A DNA stretch of 64,000 nt from Octopus sinensis (taxonomy: Eukaryota): positions 203,298,001 to 203,362,000 of the forward strand of contig NC_042998.1 in the NCBI RefSeq assembly GCF_006345805.1. Direction: 5' to 3'. Made by a program: the position numbers and the translations under genes. A model generated the notes under the pieces. The model was given only the letters and a program-made list of their open reading frames with translations, searched no databases and had not been told where the DNA came from. Below, one piece after another: positions 1 to 12,906 of the stretch. Each line of letters starts with the position of its first letter. The stretch's first letter is position 1.

Positions 1-226
1 GTTTGAAATTTTGAGGGATTGGGTCCCTAGTCGATTACATCAACCCCAGTGTTTCACTGGTACTTAGTTTACTGAGCCTGATAGGATGAAAAGCAAAGTT
101 GATTCTGGTGGAATTTGAACCCAGAATCTAAGAATGGAAGAAAATGTCAGTCAGCATTTTTTCCAGCAGAATAACCACTCAACCAACTTATAATAAGTCA
201 AATGTTTTTGACTTATACACAAACAA

Positions 227-227
<1 letters not shown>

Positions 228-260
<33 letters not shown>

Positions 261-521
261 AAATATTGAGACACACACGTTCACAAACTCACTCAAATAT
301 AGAGACACACACATACGCAAACTCACTCAAATATAGACACACACACAAACTCACTCAAATATAGAGACACACACACACACACTCAAATATAGACACACAC
401 ACAAACTCACTCAAATATAGAGACATACACACACACAAATATAGAGACACACACACACACAAACTCACTCAAAATATAGAGACACACACAAACTCAAATG
501 TAGAGCCACACACACACACAC
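228..521 (+). repeat. ~30 bp minisatellite (CA)n-aactcactcaaatatagaga
   Basis: About 9 degenerate units. Confidence 0.85.
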
Positions 522-1455
522 CACTAATAATAATAATAATAATAATACGGCAGTGCTTGTGTGTTTGGTGCCGGCATCGATATATGTCTGTATGTGTGGC
601 GGGTGGGGGGAAGGTTAAGTGAACGCCGGAGACAGAAATGCCGTCAGGAAGTAGTTTCCAAGTGAGAACGCCAACCGAAATCAGTTGCAGAAAAATGCAG
701 AGGCATGATGGCAGAATATTGGAGAAGAATCAAGCATGGAACATTCAGGAATGTTTATTGTTTACCAAGTGTTTCTTTTGTCTTTTGTTGGTTTCATCAA
801 CCATGCGGGGTTGTTTTTTTTTATTTATATATATATATAAATATATATATATATTTTTTATATATTATTTTGGTGTCTTTTTGTTAATAATTTTATTTGT
901 TCATCAAATTTCAATAAACAAAAACAAAGAAAAAAAAGGTAAAAAAACCCCCCCCACCTTAAACAAATTTATAAAAGCAAAAAACAAAGAAAAAAATAAA
1001 TTGAAAAGCTGAGATCAGGGTAGGCAGAAAGGATAAGTATGAGGGGTGGTGGTGATGGTGAGAGGACGTGGTGTGTATATATGTATATATAATGTGGAGG
1101 TAGGAGGTAAAGTTTGGGAGGAAGAATACAGTAATGGTAGGGGAGGTGGGTGGTGGTGGATGCTGAAAACTAAACAAAAAAATGGAAAAAATAAATGAAA
1201 GTAAAATAAGAAAAAAAAAACTGGAAAAAATTGATTATAAGGGATTTTGAGAAATATTATGATACAGAATGGATGGTGAGAGTGACGTGAACATTAATAT
1301 AAGTGGTTAGTAAAATATTAATTATATATATTTAACAAATACATATTAAAAGAAAAACAGAAAAAAAATATATATAAAGGATTAATAAACAAAACTGTTT
1401 TGCATTTCTCATTCAATTAGAAGCAAATCTGTTATGGCAATCAGTTACAGCTTCT

Positions 1456-1900
1456 TCATCATCATCATCATCATTGTTTAACGTCCTTTTTCCATGTTGG
1501 CATGGGTTGGATGGTTCTACCGGGGTCTGGGAAGCCAGGAGGCTGCACCAGGCCAGTCATATCTGGCGGTGTTTCTACAGCTGGATGCCCTTCCTAACGC
1601 CAACCACTCCGTGAGTGTAGTGGGTGCTTTTTACGTGCCACCAGCACAGGTGCCAGGGGAGGCTGGCAACTGCCACGATCGGTTGGTGCGTTTTACGTGC
1701 CACCGGCACACAAGCCAGTCAAGGCGGCGCTGGCATCGGCCATGTACGGATGGTGCTTTTTACGTGCCAGGGGAGGCTGGCAACTGCCACGATCGGTTGG
1801 TGCGTTTTACATGCCACTGGCACACAAGCCAGTCAAGGCGGCGCTGGCATCGGCCATGTACGGATGGTGCTTTTTATGTGCCACCGGCACAGGTGCCAGT
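1456..1900 (-). mobile_element. RTE 3' UTR copy (family C)
   Basis: (CAT)n-gtttaacgtcc...ctacagctggatgcccttcctaacgccaacc with repeated gtgccaccggcac modules. Further copies near 3660-3900, 7387-7560, 7982-8266, 13570-14025, 15640-15880, 19350-19617, 22153-22480, 23400-23975, 29934-30385, 41618-41850, 43270-43598, 44428-44800, 45328-45550, 51230-52270, 53880-54460 and 63115-63425. Confidence 0.9.
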
Positions 1901-1954
1901 GGAGGAGCTTATGGGGGAAAACACACACACATCTGGCAGTCGATTGGTTACAAC

Positions 1955-2240
1955 AATGAGGGTTCCAGTTGATCTGATCAACAGAACAAACTACCCATGA
2001 GATTAATGAGCAAGTGGCTGAGTACTCCACAGACATGTGTATCCTGTAACGTAGTTCTCAGGAAGATTCAGCGTAACACAGAAAGGGACAAGGCTGGCCC
2101 CTTTTGAATTACAGGTTCTATGTGTTTTTTGACAGGTGTAGTAAAGTGTCTCGCTGAAGGACACAGTGTGCTGCTGGGAATTGAACTCACAGCTTTACGA
2201 TCAGGAGTTGAATACCCTGGCCACAAAACCAGACATCTTC
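1955..2240 (-). mobile_element. SINE-E (tRNA head, gtgtccttgagcaagacact-type box)
   Basis: Homologous to 24080-24385; partial relatives at 44040-44180, 45575-45850 and 59190-59300. Confidence 0.75.
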
Positions 2241-2254
2241 ACAGGAGAAAAATA

Positions 2255-2523
2255 ATAGTATATATTTCTTTACTACCCACAAGGGGCTAAACACAGAGGG
2301 GACATAATACATAATGTTCCCTTTGTGAGACAAACAAGCACAGACAAACGGACTAAGTCGATTACATCGACAGCAGTGCGTAACTGGTACATAATTTATC
2401 GACCCCGAAAGGATGAAAGGCAAAGTCGACTTCGGTGGAATTTGAACTTGGAATGTAACGGCAAACGAAATACGGCTACGCATTTCACCTGGCGTCCTAA
2501 CGTTTCTGCCAGCTCACCACCTT
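2255..2523 (-). mobile_element. SINE-B (tRNA-like head aaggtggtgagctggcagaaacgttag...gagttcaaattcc)
   Basis: Body gtcgactttgcctttcatcctttcggggtcgata...gtaccagttacgcactg. Other copies at 20-190, 11985-12485, 13020-13322, 22935-23095, 28305-28545, 54466-54610 and 61030-61320. Confidence 0.85.
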
Positions 2524-2640
2524 GACATGAGGAAAATAATCTTTATATATAACGAACGAGGTTTAAATAAGCACAAGAAAAGGTAAATCACACCCAGCTG
2601 CACACAAATATACAGCTGTAAGATAATAACTCCACACAAA

Positions 2641-3158
2641 TACTGTAAATCCTCGAGTATAATCCGCCCTCGAGTATAATCCGCCCTCGAGTATAATCCG
2701 CAGGGGATTTTTAGGGGGCTGTACTGCTGAAAAATCTAAACCTTGTGTGTAATACGCACCCCTTCTCTAACTTGAGTCAAAGAGGTCTATATAACGTCCT
2801 TGGTTTGTAAAAATGTATATGGCAACGTCCTTTATTATTATTGTATATATAACATAATGCAAACGTGTAGCTTTTTTGTGCATTTTGTTTGCAGAAAATA
2901 AAGAAATAACAGTAATAACGTTTAATAAATGTTGCTTACTGCAAGTTATGGACTTCATTGCTTTCAGGCTTAGCTTAAGGTATTTTCGCACCTGACATCA
3001 CAAAATGCGTCTGAATAAACATTGCCGGACAGCAATAGAGACTCAGACATTGCTTAGAAAATATTTTTCATTTTTAACCTCGTATATAATACGCACTAAG
3101 GATTTTGACCTTTAAATTTTGGGAAAAAAATGTGGATTATTCTCGAGGATTTACGGTA
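2641..3158. mobile_element. Tc2/Kanga-like (Tc1-mariner-pogo superfamily) MITE with TA TSD
   Basis: TA-CTGTAAATCCTCGAGTATAATCC ... GGATTATTCTCGAGGATTTACGG-TA; a 17 bp motif is triplicated at 2651-2701; no ORF. Confidence 0.8.
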
Positions 3159-4439
3159 CATATACACAAACTTTCATATCTGCACATGCCCAAAATATAT
3201 TATACACCTTGATGATTTTGGTAAACACTACTTTAAAATTAGATTTGATTTTAATTTTGATTATGCACCATAATTATGTAATTATACATTAGATGATGTT
3301 TATCCTAATGAAACAGCTGTTGAGCACAAAGTTAATACTTTGTAGAAATTTACTGGAATTTGTGGAGATGGCAAATCTCTTTCTTTTGCAGAATATTCTC
3401 CCCCCCTCTCTCTCTCTTTCTCAACAACTTTCTTTCCCATATGGCACATCCTCCTCCACCCACCTCTATACTTCTTATACTATCACCACTGTTCCCTGAA
3501 GCAGGTCCTCTCTCCCTAACTCTTCCCCCATCTTCGCCCTCTTACTGAGGTAGCCGAAAATCTCAACAGTAATTTGGCTACTTCTGTCCCTTTATCATGC
3601 TCTAATTTCTTGGTCCCACTCCCTTTTCTCAGCTGAGAGATCCTTCTCTTGTGAGCTCATGAGTGATGGTGCCACATAAAAAGCACCTGTGCTGGCACCA
3701 TGTAAAAAGATCCCATGTCGGTGCCACATTAAGAGCACCCAGTACATTCTGTAAAGTGATCGACATTAGGAAGGGCTTCCAGCTGTAGAAACCATGCCAA
3801 AACAGACAATTGGAACCTGTTACCGTTCTCTGGCTGGTTCAGCTCCTGCCAAACCAGCCGACCCATGCCAGCATGGAAAACAGACGTTAAATGAGGAGGA
3901 TTTTATAAATTTGCTGTTTCACAAGTGAGTGCATCCTTATTGTGTGCGCGGCTGGCAACAAAGTAAAGTTTATTGCAAATACAAAGACAATGTATTATAT
4001 TGAATACTATTAAATAACAACAACAACAACAACACAACCTGCAACTTTATCACAAACAATATTGATAAACACATCACTGAACTGGTCATAACAAAAGACA
4101 AATGACTTCACACACGAATCATAAAAATGAAAAATAAATACTTCAGACACAAACTGAAACTTTAAACAGATGATGACCAGCAGCATCATCATCATCATCA
4201 TCATCAATTCAATGTTTCATACTTTTACAGAGGTTGGACAGAAATTCATTCATTTGAATTTCCACTAGATGGATGCTCTTGTCATCACCAACCCTCACAT
4301 GTTTCCTCAGTTAAGGCAATATTTCTTCTAGTCTTTCAAACATGAACAGTACAATGGCTGGACATGTTTCCACATATTGCAAATAACATTGCTTTTTATG
4401 GTGGTGACAGTAATTATATAATTAGCACATGGTGTCAAG

Positions 4440-4680
4440 CCAAGGTATGGAGAGATGAACACACAGATGTATATACGAATGGATCAGGACACACATACCA
4501 CACCTGAGTGTTTTTTTAGCTTTTCCTTTTCAACATTTCCTCTCTCTCTCACTCCTATGTCTTGTTCTGATGAAGGACTAACATCCAAAACGTTAAGGCT
4601 TTTTCCCTTCCCTCTTTTAAGTATCAAACTAATACAATGTGTTAAAACTTGACTTTTGAGAGCTTTTCTTCTTTGTTTCT
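4440..4680 (+). mobile_element. Penelope-like end fragment with a decayed minimal hammerhead
   Basis: TT CTGATGA A GGA ctaaca TCC AAAA CGTT AA at 4565-4596 (G12 lost). Confidence 0.4.
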
Positions 4681-5011
4681 TTCTTTTATAATCTATGTGT
4701 ATACATGCACATAGGTACATATATATGTATATACATAGGTATATACATGTGTATACATAGGTATACATTGGTATGTACATATATATTTCATAGGCCTAAA
4801 TAAATGTATGTGTGTGTATAGTATAATGTGCAGGCATGGTTGTATGGTTAAGAAGGTTGCTTCTCAACTATGTGGTTCCAGGTTCAGTCCCACTGTATAG
4901 CATCTTGGGTATGTCTTCCACTATAGCCCTTGGCCAACAAAAGCCTTTTGAGAGAATTTGGTAGAGAGAAACTGAAAGAAGCCCATCATGTGTGTGTGTG
5001 TGTGTGTATGC

Positions 5012-5081
<70 letters not shown>

Positions 5082-5994
5082 GCACATATGGGTTTGAATG
5101 TATATATGCATGTATATCTATGTATGTGTGTGGATATATATGTTTGTGTGTGTGTATGTACATATGGATACATGTTTATACATTTTTTGTATGTGCATGC
5201 ACACACACACACAGACACACACATATATATGTATGAATGTATACAATGGTAAAATGTATGGGGGAGGGTGCAGAAATGTTAAGGGGGGTGGGTGAGTTCA
5301 ATAGATAAACATATCCAGTTGAAAAGGTTGTGAGTTTTATTGAAAGGGAAAACGGGCCAATGATCAGAAAAGCCGGCAGAAGGACGGCCATGATGGTGAC
5401 GGTGGTGATGGTCATGGTGATGGCCACTGAAGTGTAGGGATGTCTTTTACATGCATCTACATGAGTGTATGTGTGTATGTGTATGTGTGTATGTGTGTGT
5501 ATATGAAGGGGGACATGTAGTTGATGTGACAGTATTGTTGTCTTTGTTGATATTGATGTAGTTATGGAATTTCCACAGACCCTACCCCTCTCTCTCTCCT
5601 TTCCTTTGCTCCTCACTCTCTCGCAAACAGATACTGAAACACAGACAATGAAATAAATACACACACACACACAAAAACCCATAAAATATACCATATATAT
5701 GTATGTATATATATATATATATATATGCATACATGGAGACACACAAGAACAAATATATACACTCTGAAATGGACACAAACAGCGAAACATACACATATGA
5801 AAGTTTGTACATGTGCACTTATATATATACACACATCCATGCATAGTAAAGCACATGTGTACACGTGCATTAATGTAGAAACAGAAATAAATATTCATAT
5901 ACATGCATTATATACATGTGAAGAAACACACCCACACACATACATACATGCGACACATACACAAGACTGTACTGGTTCAGCATACACACACACA

Positions 5995-6025
<31 letters not shown>

Positions 6026-8266
6026 AATACATTGGCAAAAGACTAACTTACATGGAGACATACATATACACATTAATACATATGAATAGAAACTGAAACA
6101 CACAAACACAGTAACAATTATAAGATACATATACACACACAATGATGTGTATGAAGATATATATATACACACACACACACATACAGACATGAGGACGCAC
6201 TCATACACATTAACACTATATATACGCACACATACAGATATTATAGAACATGGCATACACAAACATGTATACACAGTCAAATGCATACATACAGATACAG
6301 CAACAACATATTTACACAAATAAACACACACACACACACACACTAAGAATATGTGTAAACAAAACATACTCAAATATATAACACACACTCACACACAGAG
6401 GCAAACACTTAAATACACACACACACACACACACAACTGGAAATGGGGGTCTGGTAAGGGCTTACATTGTATTTTTATAAAGCTATTTAATGTTCTGTAA
6501 AGTGCATGGTAGGGGTGGTGGCGGCGGTGGTGGTGATGGAGGTATACGCAGAATGGAGAGTGTATAATTGTATGTTATATTGACTTCTATAATGAACTTA
6601 AAATGGAACAAGCTGCCACCCCTACACCACACAGTGTGTATGCAAGTATGTGTGTGTATGTGTGTAAATATATATGTGTGTATATATATATATATTTGTT
6701 TGTGTGTGTATATACATATATATATCCAAACACACATGTGCTGATATATGTGTATTCTTACATATCAGCATGTGTGTATATAAGCGGTTTTTTTTTATGT
6801 GCATATAATAATAATATAAACACACAGACGTGACAGACCCCTATATATACACCCACCTGTGGAAATGTGGGAAAAATCAATAATAGCCTTTTTCATAAAA
6901 TAAACATTGAAACATCAAACAACAATCACAACAACAACAATAAACAAACAACAATATGTAAATATACACACTCAACCCCCCTCCTGTGTATATATACGTG
7001 TGTGTGTGTGTGTGTGTGTGTGTGTAAGTCGGTCACACAACACCTCTTGGATGAATAAATAAATAAACACCTAAAGAAAGGTTAAAATGAAAGAAAAAAA
7101 TGTGTATATAATGTATACACATATGTGTATATACATGTGTATACATATATGTGTGTGCATACAGATGTGTATGTATGCTTATGTGGCATCAAAGTATAAA
7201 TTGTATGTCCTGTAACTACACACACACACACAGGGGTCGTATGATGTATACACTAAATACGTATAACATTTAGGGTACATATCCCTAATCATATACTGTA
7301 TATGTAGTATGTGTGTATACACGCACAATCTCTATGAGAAACAGGTATCAGGGTGTCCAACACCTTGAATGGGATTCTCCCCCAACCATCATCATCATCA
7401 TCATCATCGTTTAACGTCTGCTTTCCATGCTAGCATGGGTTGGACGATTTTGACTGAGGACTGGCGAACCAGATGGCTGCACTTCTCTAGCCTTGCCGGC
7501 CCTTGTCAAACCATCCAACCCATGACAGCATGGAAAACAGACATTAGTTGATAATGATGGCAACAATAAACATAAAGAACATTTTAAAATTAAAAAGGTA
7601 TTTTAATATTATCTAAATCTGCTACAATTAACTCATAAAATTACTATTATTATTATTTTTTATTATTACTATTTTTACGTTAACTTCTTATACTGGCATG
7701 AGCAAAAGTAGTCGTCATGGTCAGAGCCGGTTGTTATTGAGAGCTACGGCCCTCACAGACTGGTGCCTCTATGCTTCAGTTTCGGTTTAGTCTCTATACT
7801 GGATGCCCAACCAATTTACAGAGTGTACTGGGGTTTTTCTTTTCCGGCAGCTCCAGCACTAGAACGGTTGTCTTTTATACCATAAGAGTAAAGAGTAACC
7901 CCTCCTCAGACCAAAACTGATTCTTGTTACAACAACTCAATGATCTCTACCAAACATAGTTATTTTATAATTATTATTATTCGTGACCGTTGCCAGCGCT
8001 GCCCCGACTGGCCTCGTGCCAGTGGCACGTAAAAAGCACCATCCGTCCGTGGCCGTTTGCCAGCTCCGTCTGGCACTTGTGCGGGTGGCACGTAAAAAGC
8101 ACCCACTACACTCACGGAGTGGTTGGCGTTAGGAAGGGCATCCAGCCGTAGAAACACTGCCAGATCAGACTGGGCCTGATGCAGCCTTCTGGCTTCACAG
8201 ACCCCAGTTGAACTGTCCAACCCATGCTAGCATGGAAAGCGGACGCTAAATGATGATGATGATGAT

Positions 8267-8430
8267 GTCACTGCCTGGAATCGAACTCAGAATGTTGCGG
8301 TTAGTAGCCTGCGCTCTTAACCACTATGCCATATGCCTGTGGGCATAGTGGTTAAGAGTATGGGCTACTAACCCCAAGATTCCGAGTTCGATTCCCGGCA
8401 GTGACCTGAATAATAATAATACTAATAATA
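8267..8430. mobile_element. Head-to-head inverted pair of the tRNA-like heads
   Basis: 8267-8337 is a minus-strand head; 8341-8410 is a plus-strand head followed by (AAT)n. Confidence 0.75.
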
Positions 8431-8559
8431 GTTATTTTACTATTTATATTTTACATTTATGAAGTGGTATCAAAAAGTTCCTGGACAGATGACAGCACAT
8501 GGTTGTGTGAGAGCTAGCAGTGACCTACATGAGGAGTGTGCCGATGATGCAGTGATATG

Positions 8560-9000
8560 AGATATTCAGCAACAGTACTTTGGAGTAAATCCTGTTTGCC
8601 AACATAACATGGCAGTCCTGGTTCAGGACGAATGTTGCTATAATTTAGCCCTAGGAAACATCGTCTCCAGCTGGCTATATGACATGATCTGATTCCTTAT
8701 ATTTTCGAACAAGGGAATCTAATACCCTCACTCTGCTCAAAACAATATCTGTGTATCGCGATTTCTGGGTTATTTCCCTCCATCAGCACAGAATAATTGT
8801 TTGGTTAGAGGTGGCGCTGCCAAATTCCCATTCGAAATATAATAATTTTCCAATTTATAGATCAGTGACTAGTTGTCACTTTGAAAACTCTGTAAATCTC
8901 ACAAAGAGAGATATTCAGCAACAGTACTTTGGAGTAAAGATTGCTTGCCAACATAACATGGCAGTCCTGGTTTAGGACAAATGTTGCTGTAATATTACTG
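8560..9000 (+). mobile_element. Non-autonomous hairpin-rich element with a ~90 bp direct repeat
   Basis: gagatattcagcaacagtactttggagtaaa...catggcagtcctggtt at 8561 and 8908; same family as 60003-60269. Confidence 0.6.
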
Positions 9001-9090
9001 AGTTTATTTTGCAAGCTGTGAAATTTGTGTTTTGGGGATCAGATGTATGCTGTAACGATGAACAGGAATAAAGAACCAACATAAGATTTT

Positions 9091-9258
9091 GCAGGAGTGG
9101 CTGTGTGGTAAGTAGCTTGCTAACCAACCCCTTGGTTGTGGGTTCAGTCCCACTGCATGGCATCTTGGGCAAGTGTCTTCTGCTATAGCCCCGGGCCGAC
9201 CAATGCCTTGTGAGTGGATTTGGTAGGCGGAAACTGAAAGAAGCCTGTCGTATATATG

Positions 9259-9297
<39 letters not shown>

Positions 9298-9510
9298 TTG
9301 TGTGTTTGTCCCCCCAGCATTGTTTGACAACCGATGCTGGTGTGTTTACATTCCCGTCACTTAGCAGTTCAGCAAAAGAGACCAATAGAATAAGTACTGG
9401 GCTTACAAAGAATAAGTCCCGGGGTCGATTTGCTCGACTAAAGGCGGTGCTCCAGCATGGCCGCAGTCAAATGACTGAAACAAGTAAAAGAATAAAAGAA
9501 AAGAAAGAAT
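9091..9510 (+). mobile_element. SINE-A: tRNA head, CORE-like box, internal (TA)n(TG)n, A-rich tail
   Basis: GCAGGAGTGGCTGTGTGGT (A box), GGGTTCAGTCCC (B box), gcatcttgggcaagtg (CORE-like), tail gactgaaacaagtaaaag. Confidence 0.9.
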
Positions 9511-9800
9511 TAAACTTGGGAAGTCTGCTACAGACATTGAGCATGCTTTGGCAAGCTTATGGCAACAAGGCAATGGGTTGTACACAATGCTTTGAGTGTG
9601 ATGGATGCTTCAAAAGCAGGAGAAAATCCTTAGAAGACAATGAGCAATGAGGAAGATCTGCCACAAGGGGCATTTCCAGATCTGTGCCCCAGAGCCAGAC
9701 CACGAACTAAGAGTTTTACTGCAACATTTTGAAATGTTTGAGGGAGGACATTCACGAAAGCAACTGGAGCGTGAAGAATTGGATTCTTCACGATGACATT

Positions 9801-9920
9801 GCACCCTGTCACTGACCCCTACTCCCTCACGAGTTTCTCATCAATGCACCCTGTCACTGACCTCTCCTCCCTCACGAGTTTCTCATCAATGCACCCTGTC
9901 ACTGACCCCTCCTCACTTGT
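9801..9920 (+). repeat. 45 bp tandem repeat (~2.7 copies) inside the mariner transposase
   Basis: gcaccctgtcactgacc...ctcacgagtttctcatcaat at 9801, 9846 and 9891. Confidence 0.9.
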
Positions 9921-10566
9921 GAGTTTCTTGTCAAAAAAAAAAAACATAGTATCGCTTCTGCACCTACCTCCATTCTCCAGATTTAGCCCCTACAGACTTC
10001 CGTCTCTTCCCCAAGATGAAAATGCAGCTCAAAGGGTCACTGTTGTAACACCGTTGTTGAGATTCAGAGCGAATTGCAGAAGGTCCTCGACTCACAGAGA
10101 ACGACTTCCAGACCAGATTCCAGAAACGGCAGGAACACGGAGACTGGTGCATTGCTACACAAGGTGACCGTTTCAAAGGTGATGACGTTAAAACTTAGGT
10201 AAGTAATTTTCCATTAAATAAAAATAATCCAGAAACGTTTAGGGACCCACCTCACATCTCAGCAGTTTCCCTATTTATAATGTAAACAAGTGAGATCTTT
10301 ATAATAGAAACCAGGAATAACATGCTTAGGGGTACTACTCAGTGACAGAGAAATGAACAAGAAATTTGATAGGGATTGAACCACATATCTGTCATATGCC
10401 AGGTGACTAGATTATGGAGGAGCAGCAAAGCACCTCTGAACAATTTAATTCATCAAATTAGGACTTGGAAACACCTTAATGAATTAGCACAACATTGTTT
10501 ACATCAATGTGGCCATAAGCAATTTAGCAATACCTAAAGTATATACATCATCATCATCATCATCAT

Positions 10567-11285
10567 CGTGCTGGTGGCACGTAAAAAGCACCATTCAAGC
10601 ATGTTCAATGCCAGTACCACCTGACTGGCTCCTGTGCTGGTGGCATGTAAAAAGCCCCATTGCTGGTGGCACATGAAAAGCACCATTCAACCGTGGTCGA
10701 TGCCAGTACCGCCTGACTGGCCCTTGAGCCGGTGGCATGTAAAAAGCCCCATTGCTGGTGGCACATGAAAAGCACCATTCAACCGTGGTCAATGCCAGTA
10801 CCGCCTGACTGGCCCTTGTGCTGGTGGCATGTAAAAAGCCCCATTGCTGGTGGCACATGAAAAGCACCATTCAACCATGGTCGATGCCAGTACCACCTGA
10901 CTAGCCCTTGTGCTGGTGGCATGTAAAAAGCCCCATTGCTGGTGGCACATGAAAAGCACCATTCAACCGTGGTCGATGCCAGTACCGCCTGACTAGCCCT
11001 TGTGCCGGAGGCATGTAAACAGCCCCATTGCTGGTGGCACATGAAAAGCACCATTCAACCGTGGTTGACGCCAGTACCGTCTGACTAGCTCTTGTACTGG
11101 TGGCATGTAAAAAGCACTCGCTACACTCTCAGAATGGTTGGCGTTAGGAAGGGCATCCAGCTGTAGAAACTTTGCCAAATCAGATTTGAATCTGGTGCAG
11201 CTTCCTGGCTTGTCAGTCCTGAGTCAAACTGACCAACCCATGCCAGCATGGAAAGCGGACGTTAAACGATGACGTCGATGATGAT
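10567..11285 (+). mobile_element. RTE 3' UTR copy with a 92 bp VNTR (~5.5 units)
   Basis: aaagccccattgctggtggcacatgaaaagcacc at 10651, 10743, 10835 and onward; ends in gttaaacgatgacg. Confidence 0.9.
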
Positions 11286-11539
11286 CATCATTATTCAACA
11301 TTTGTTTTCCATACGGGAAAACATAAGATGATGACAACTGGCATGGGTTGGATGGTTAGACTGGAAGTGGCAAGCAGCACCAGGCTCCAGTCTGATTTGG
11401 CATGGTTTCTATGGCTGGATGCCCTTCCCTGACACCAACCACTTTCCAGAGTGTGCTGGGTGCTTTCACATGACTCTTATGGGCAAATGCCCTTCACCAG
11501 GGGAAACAGCCTTAACACCTCTACTGCAGAGTATGGTTC

Positions 11540-11930
11540 TTCTTTACTCTGGATTAGTTTGAATGCCTCATACGTGACCCCCACCCTCAAAGACTGCTCT
11601 ACAGCAAACCGGCAGAAGACAAGCGCACAGACAAAGTGGAGAGAAAAACCACGTCAAGGACATGTGTAAAGCCTCACCAAAGAGCTTTGAGCTCAACCCT
11701 GACACCTGAGAAACACAAGCACAAGACCACCAGAGGTGCCACCTGCTATGAACAGAGCAAGATAGCAGGAAATGTGAGCTGCACAAGTCCAGAGCAAATA
11801 CCTTGCTTTCAATCCCAACTGAACACCAGAGCCTTCCAAGCACACAACAGACTAATTAAGCCACAGTCACTGGGCCCCATCTTTTCTCATCTGATGTTCT
11901 TGGTCATCTTCAACAACAATGGATGAACTA
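11540..11930 (+). mobile_element. 3' fragment of a second RTE (BovB/Expander-like) family
   Basis: ...TCVKASPKSFELNPDT.ETQAQD..., ending catcttcaacaacaatggatgaac. Confidence 0.65.
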
Positions 11931-12517
11931 ATAATCTTTTCTACTAAAAGCACAATGCCTCAAATTTGGGGGAAGGGGGATTAAGGTCAATTACATAGAT
12001 CCCAGTGCATTACTGATATTTTTTTAATCGACCCCGAAAGATGAAGGGCAAAGTCGACCTCAGCAGAATTTGAAGTCAGAATATAGCAGCAGGTGGTATA
12101 CCTATTTCTTTACTACCCACAAGGGGCTAAACACAGAGGGGACAAACAAGGACAGACATAGGTATTAAGTCGATTACATCGACCCCAGTGCGTAACTGGT
12201 ACTTAATTTATTGACCCCGAAAGGATAAAAGAGAAAGTTGACCTCAGCGGAATTTGAACTCAGAACGTAACAGCAGACAAAATACTGCTAAGCATTTCGC
12301 CCGGTGTGCTAACGGTTCTGCCAGCTCACCACCTTAGGATTAAGGTCAATTACATTGACCCCAGTGCATTACTGATATATATTTAATCGATCCTGAAAGG
12401 ATGAAAGGCAAAGTCCACCTTGGTGGCAAACATAGGGATGGGTGAAATGCTGTTAACGATTCTACCCTGCCAGCTTGCTGCCTTAATGGCTGAACTAATA
12501 ATAAGAATAATAATACC

Positions 12518-12906
12518 CTTTTACTTGTTTCAGTCATTTGACTGTGGCCATGCTGGATCACTGCTTTTAGTCGAGCAAATCGACCCCAGGACTTATTCTT
12601 TGTAAGCCTAGTACTTACTCTATCAGTCTCTTTTGCTGAACCACTAAGTTACGGGGACGTAAACACACCAGCATCAGTTGTCAAGCAATGTTGGGGGGAC
12701 AAACAGACACACAAACATATACACACACGTACATATATATATATGATGGGCTTCTTTTAGTTTCTGTCTACCAAATCCACTCACAAGGCTTTAGTCGGCC
12801 CGAGGCTATAGTAGAAGACACTTGCCTGAGGTGCCACGCAGTGGGACTGAACCCAGAACCATGTGGTTGGTAAGCAAGCTACTTACCACACAGCCACTCC
12901 TGTGCC
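12518..12906 (-). mobile_element. SINE-A full copy
   Basis: Reverse complement of 9091-9510. Confidence 0.9.

Larger units (their letters stand above)
8458..10256 (+). mobile_element. Decayed mariner element with nested insertions
   Basis: Left TIR TA-TGAAGTGGTATCAAAAAGTTCCTGGA and a degenerate right TIR near 10228-10256. Transposase remnants ETLSML.QAYGN.AMG.TQCFE (9530-9650) and NWILHDD...HLPPFS.DLAP..F.LFPKMKMQLKG (9780-10190). Interrupted by 8560-9000 and by SINE-A. Confidence 0.8.

Noticed and set aside
3290-3410. Protein-like frame DDVYPNETAVEHKVNTL*KFTGICGDGKSLSFAEY
   Set aside because: In-frame stop, no donor, no recognisable family.
3969-3974. Minus-strand AATAAA as a gene 3' end
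   Set aside because: The hexamer is common in AT-rich DNA and no terminal coding exon was found upstream.
8341-8410. Possible functional tRNA genes (also the heads of SINE-A, B, D, E)
   Set aside because: A/B boxes are present but acceptor and anticodon stems do not close, and each runs into a repeat body or (AAT)n; these are SINE heads.
10580-11110. Regularly spaced repeats resembling a CRISPR array
   Set aside because: The whole 92 bp unit repeats with no unique spacers; it lies inside an RTE UTR in animal DNA and there are no cas genes.
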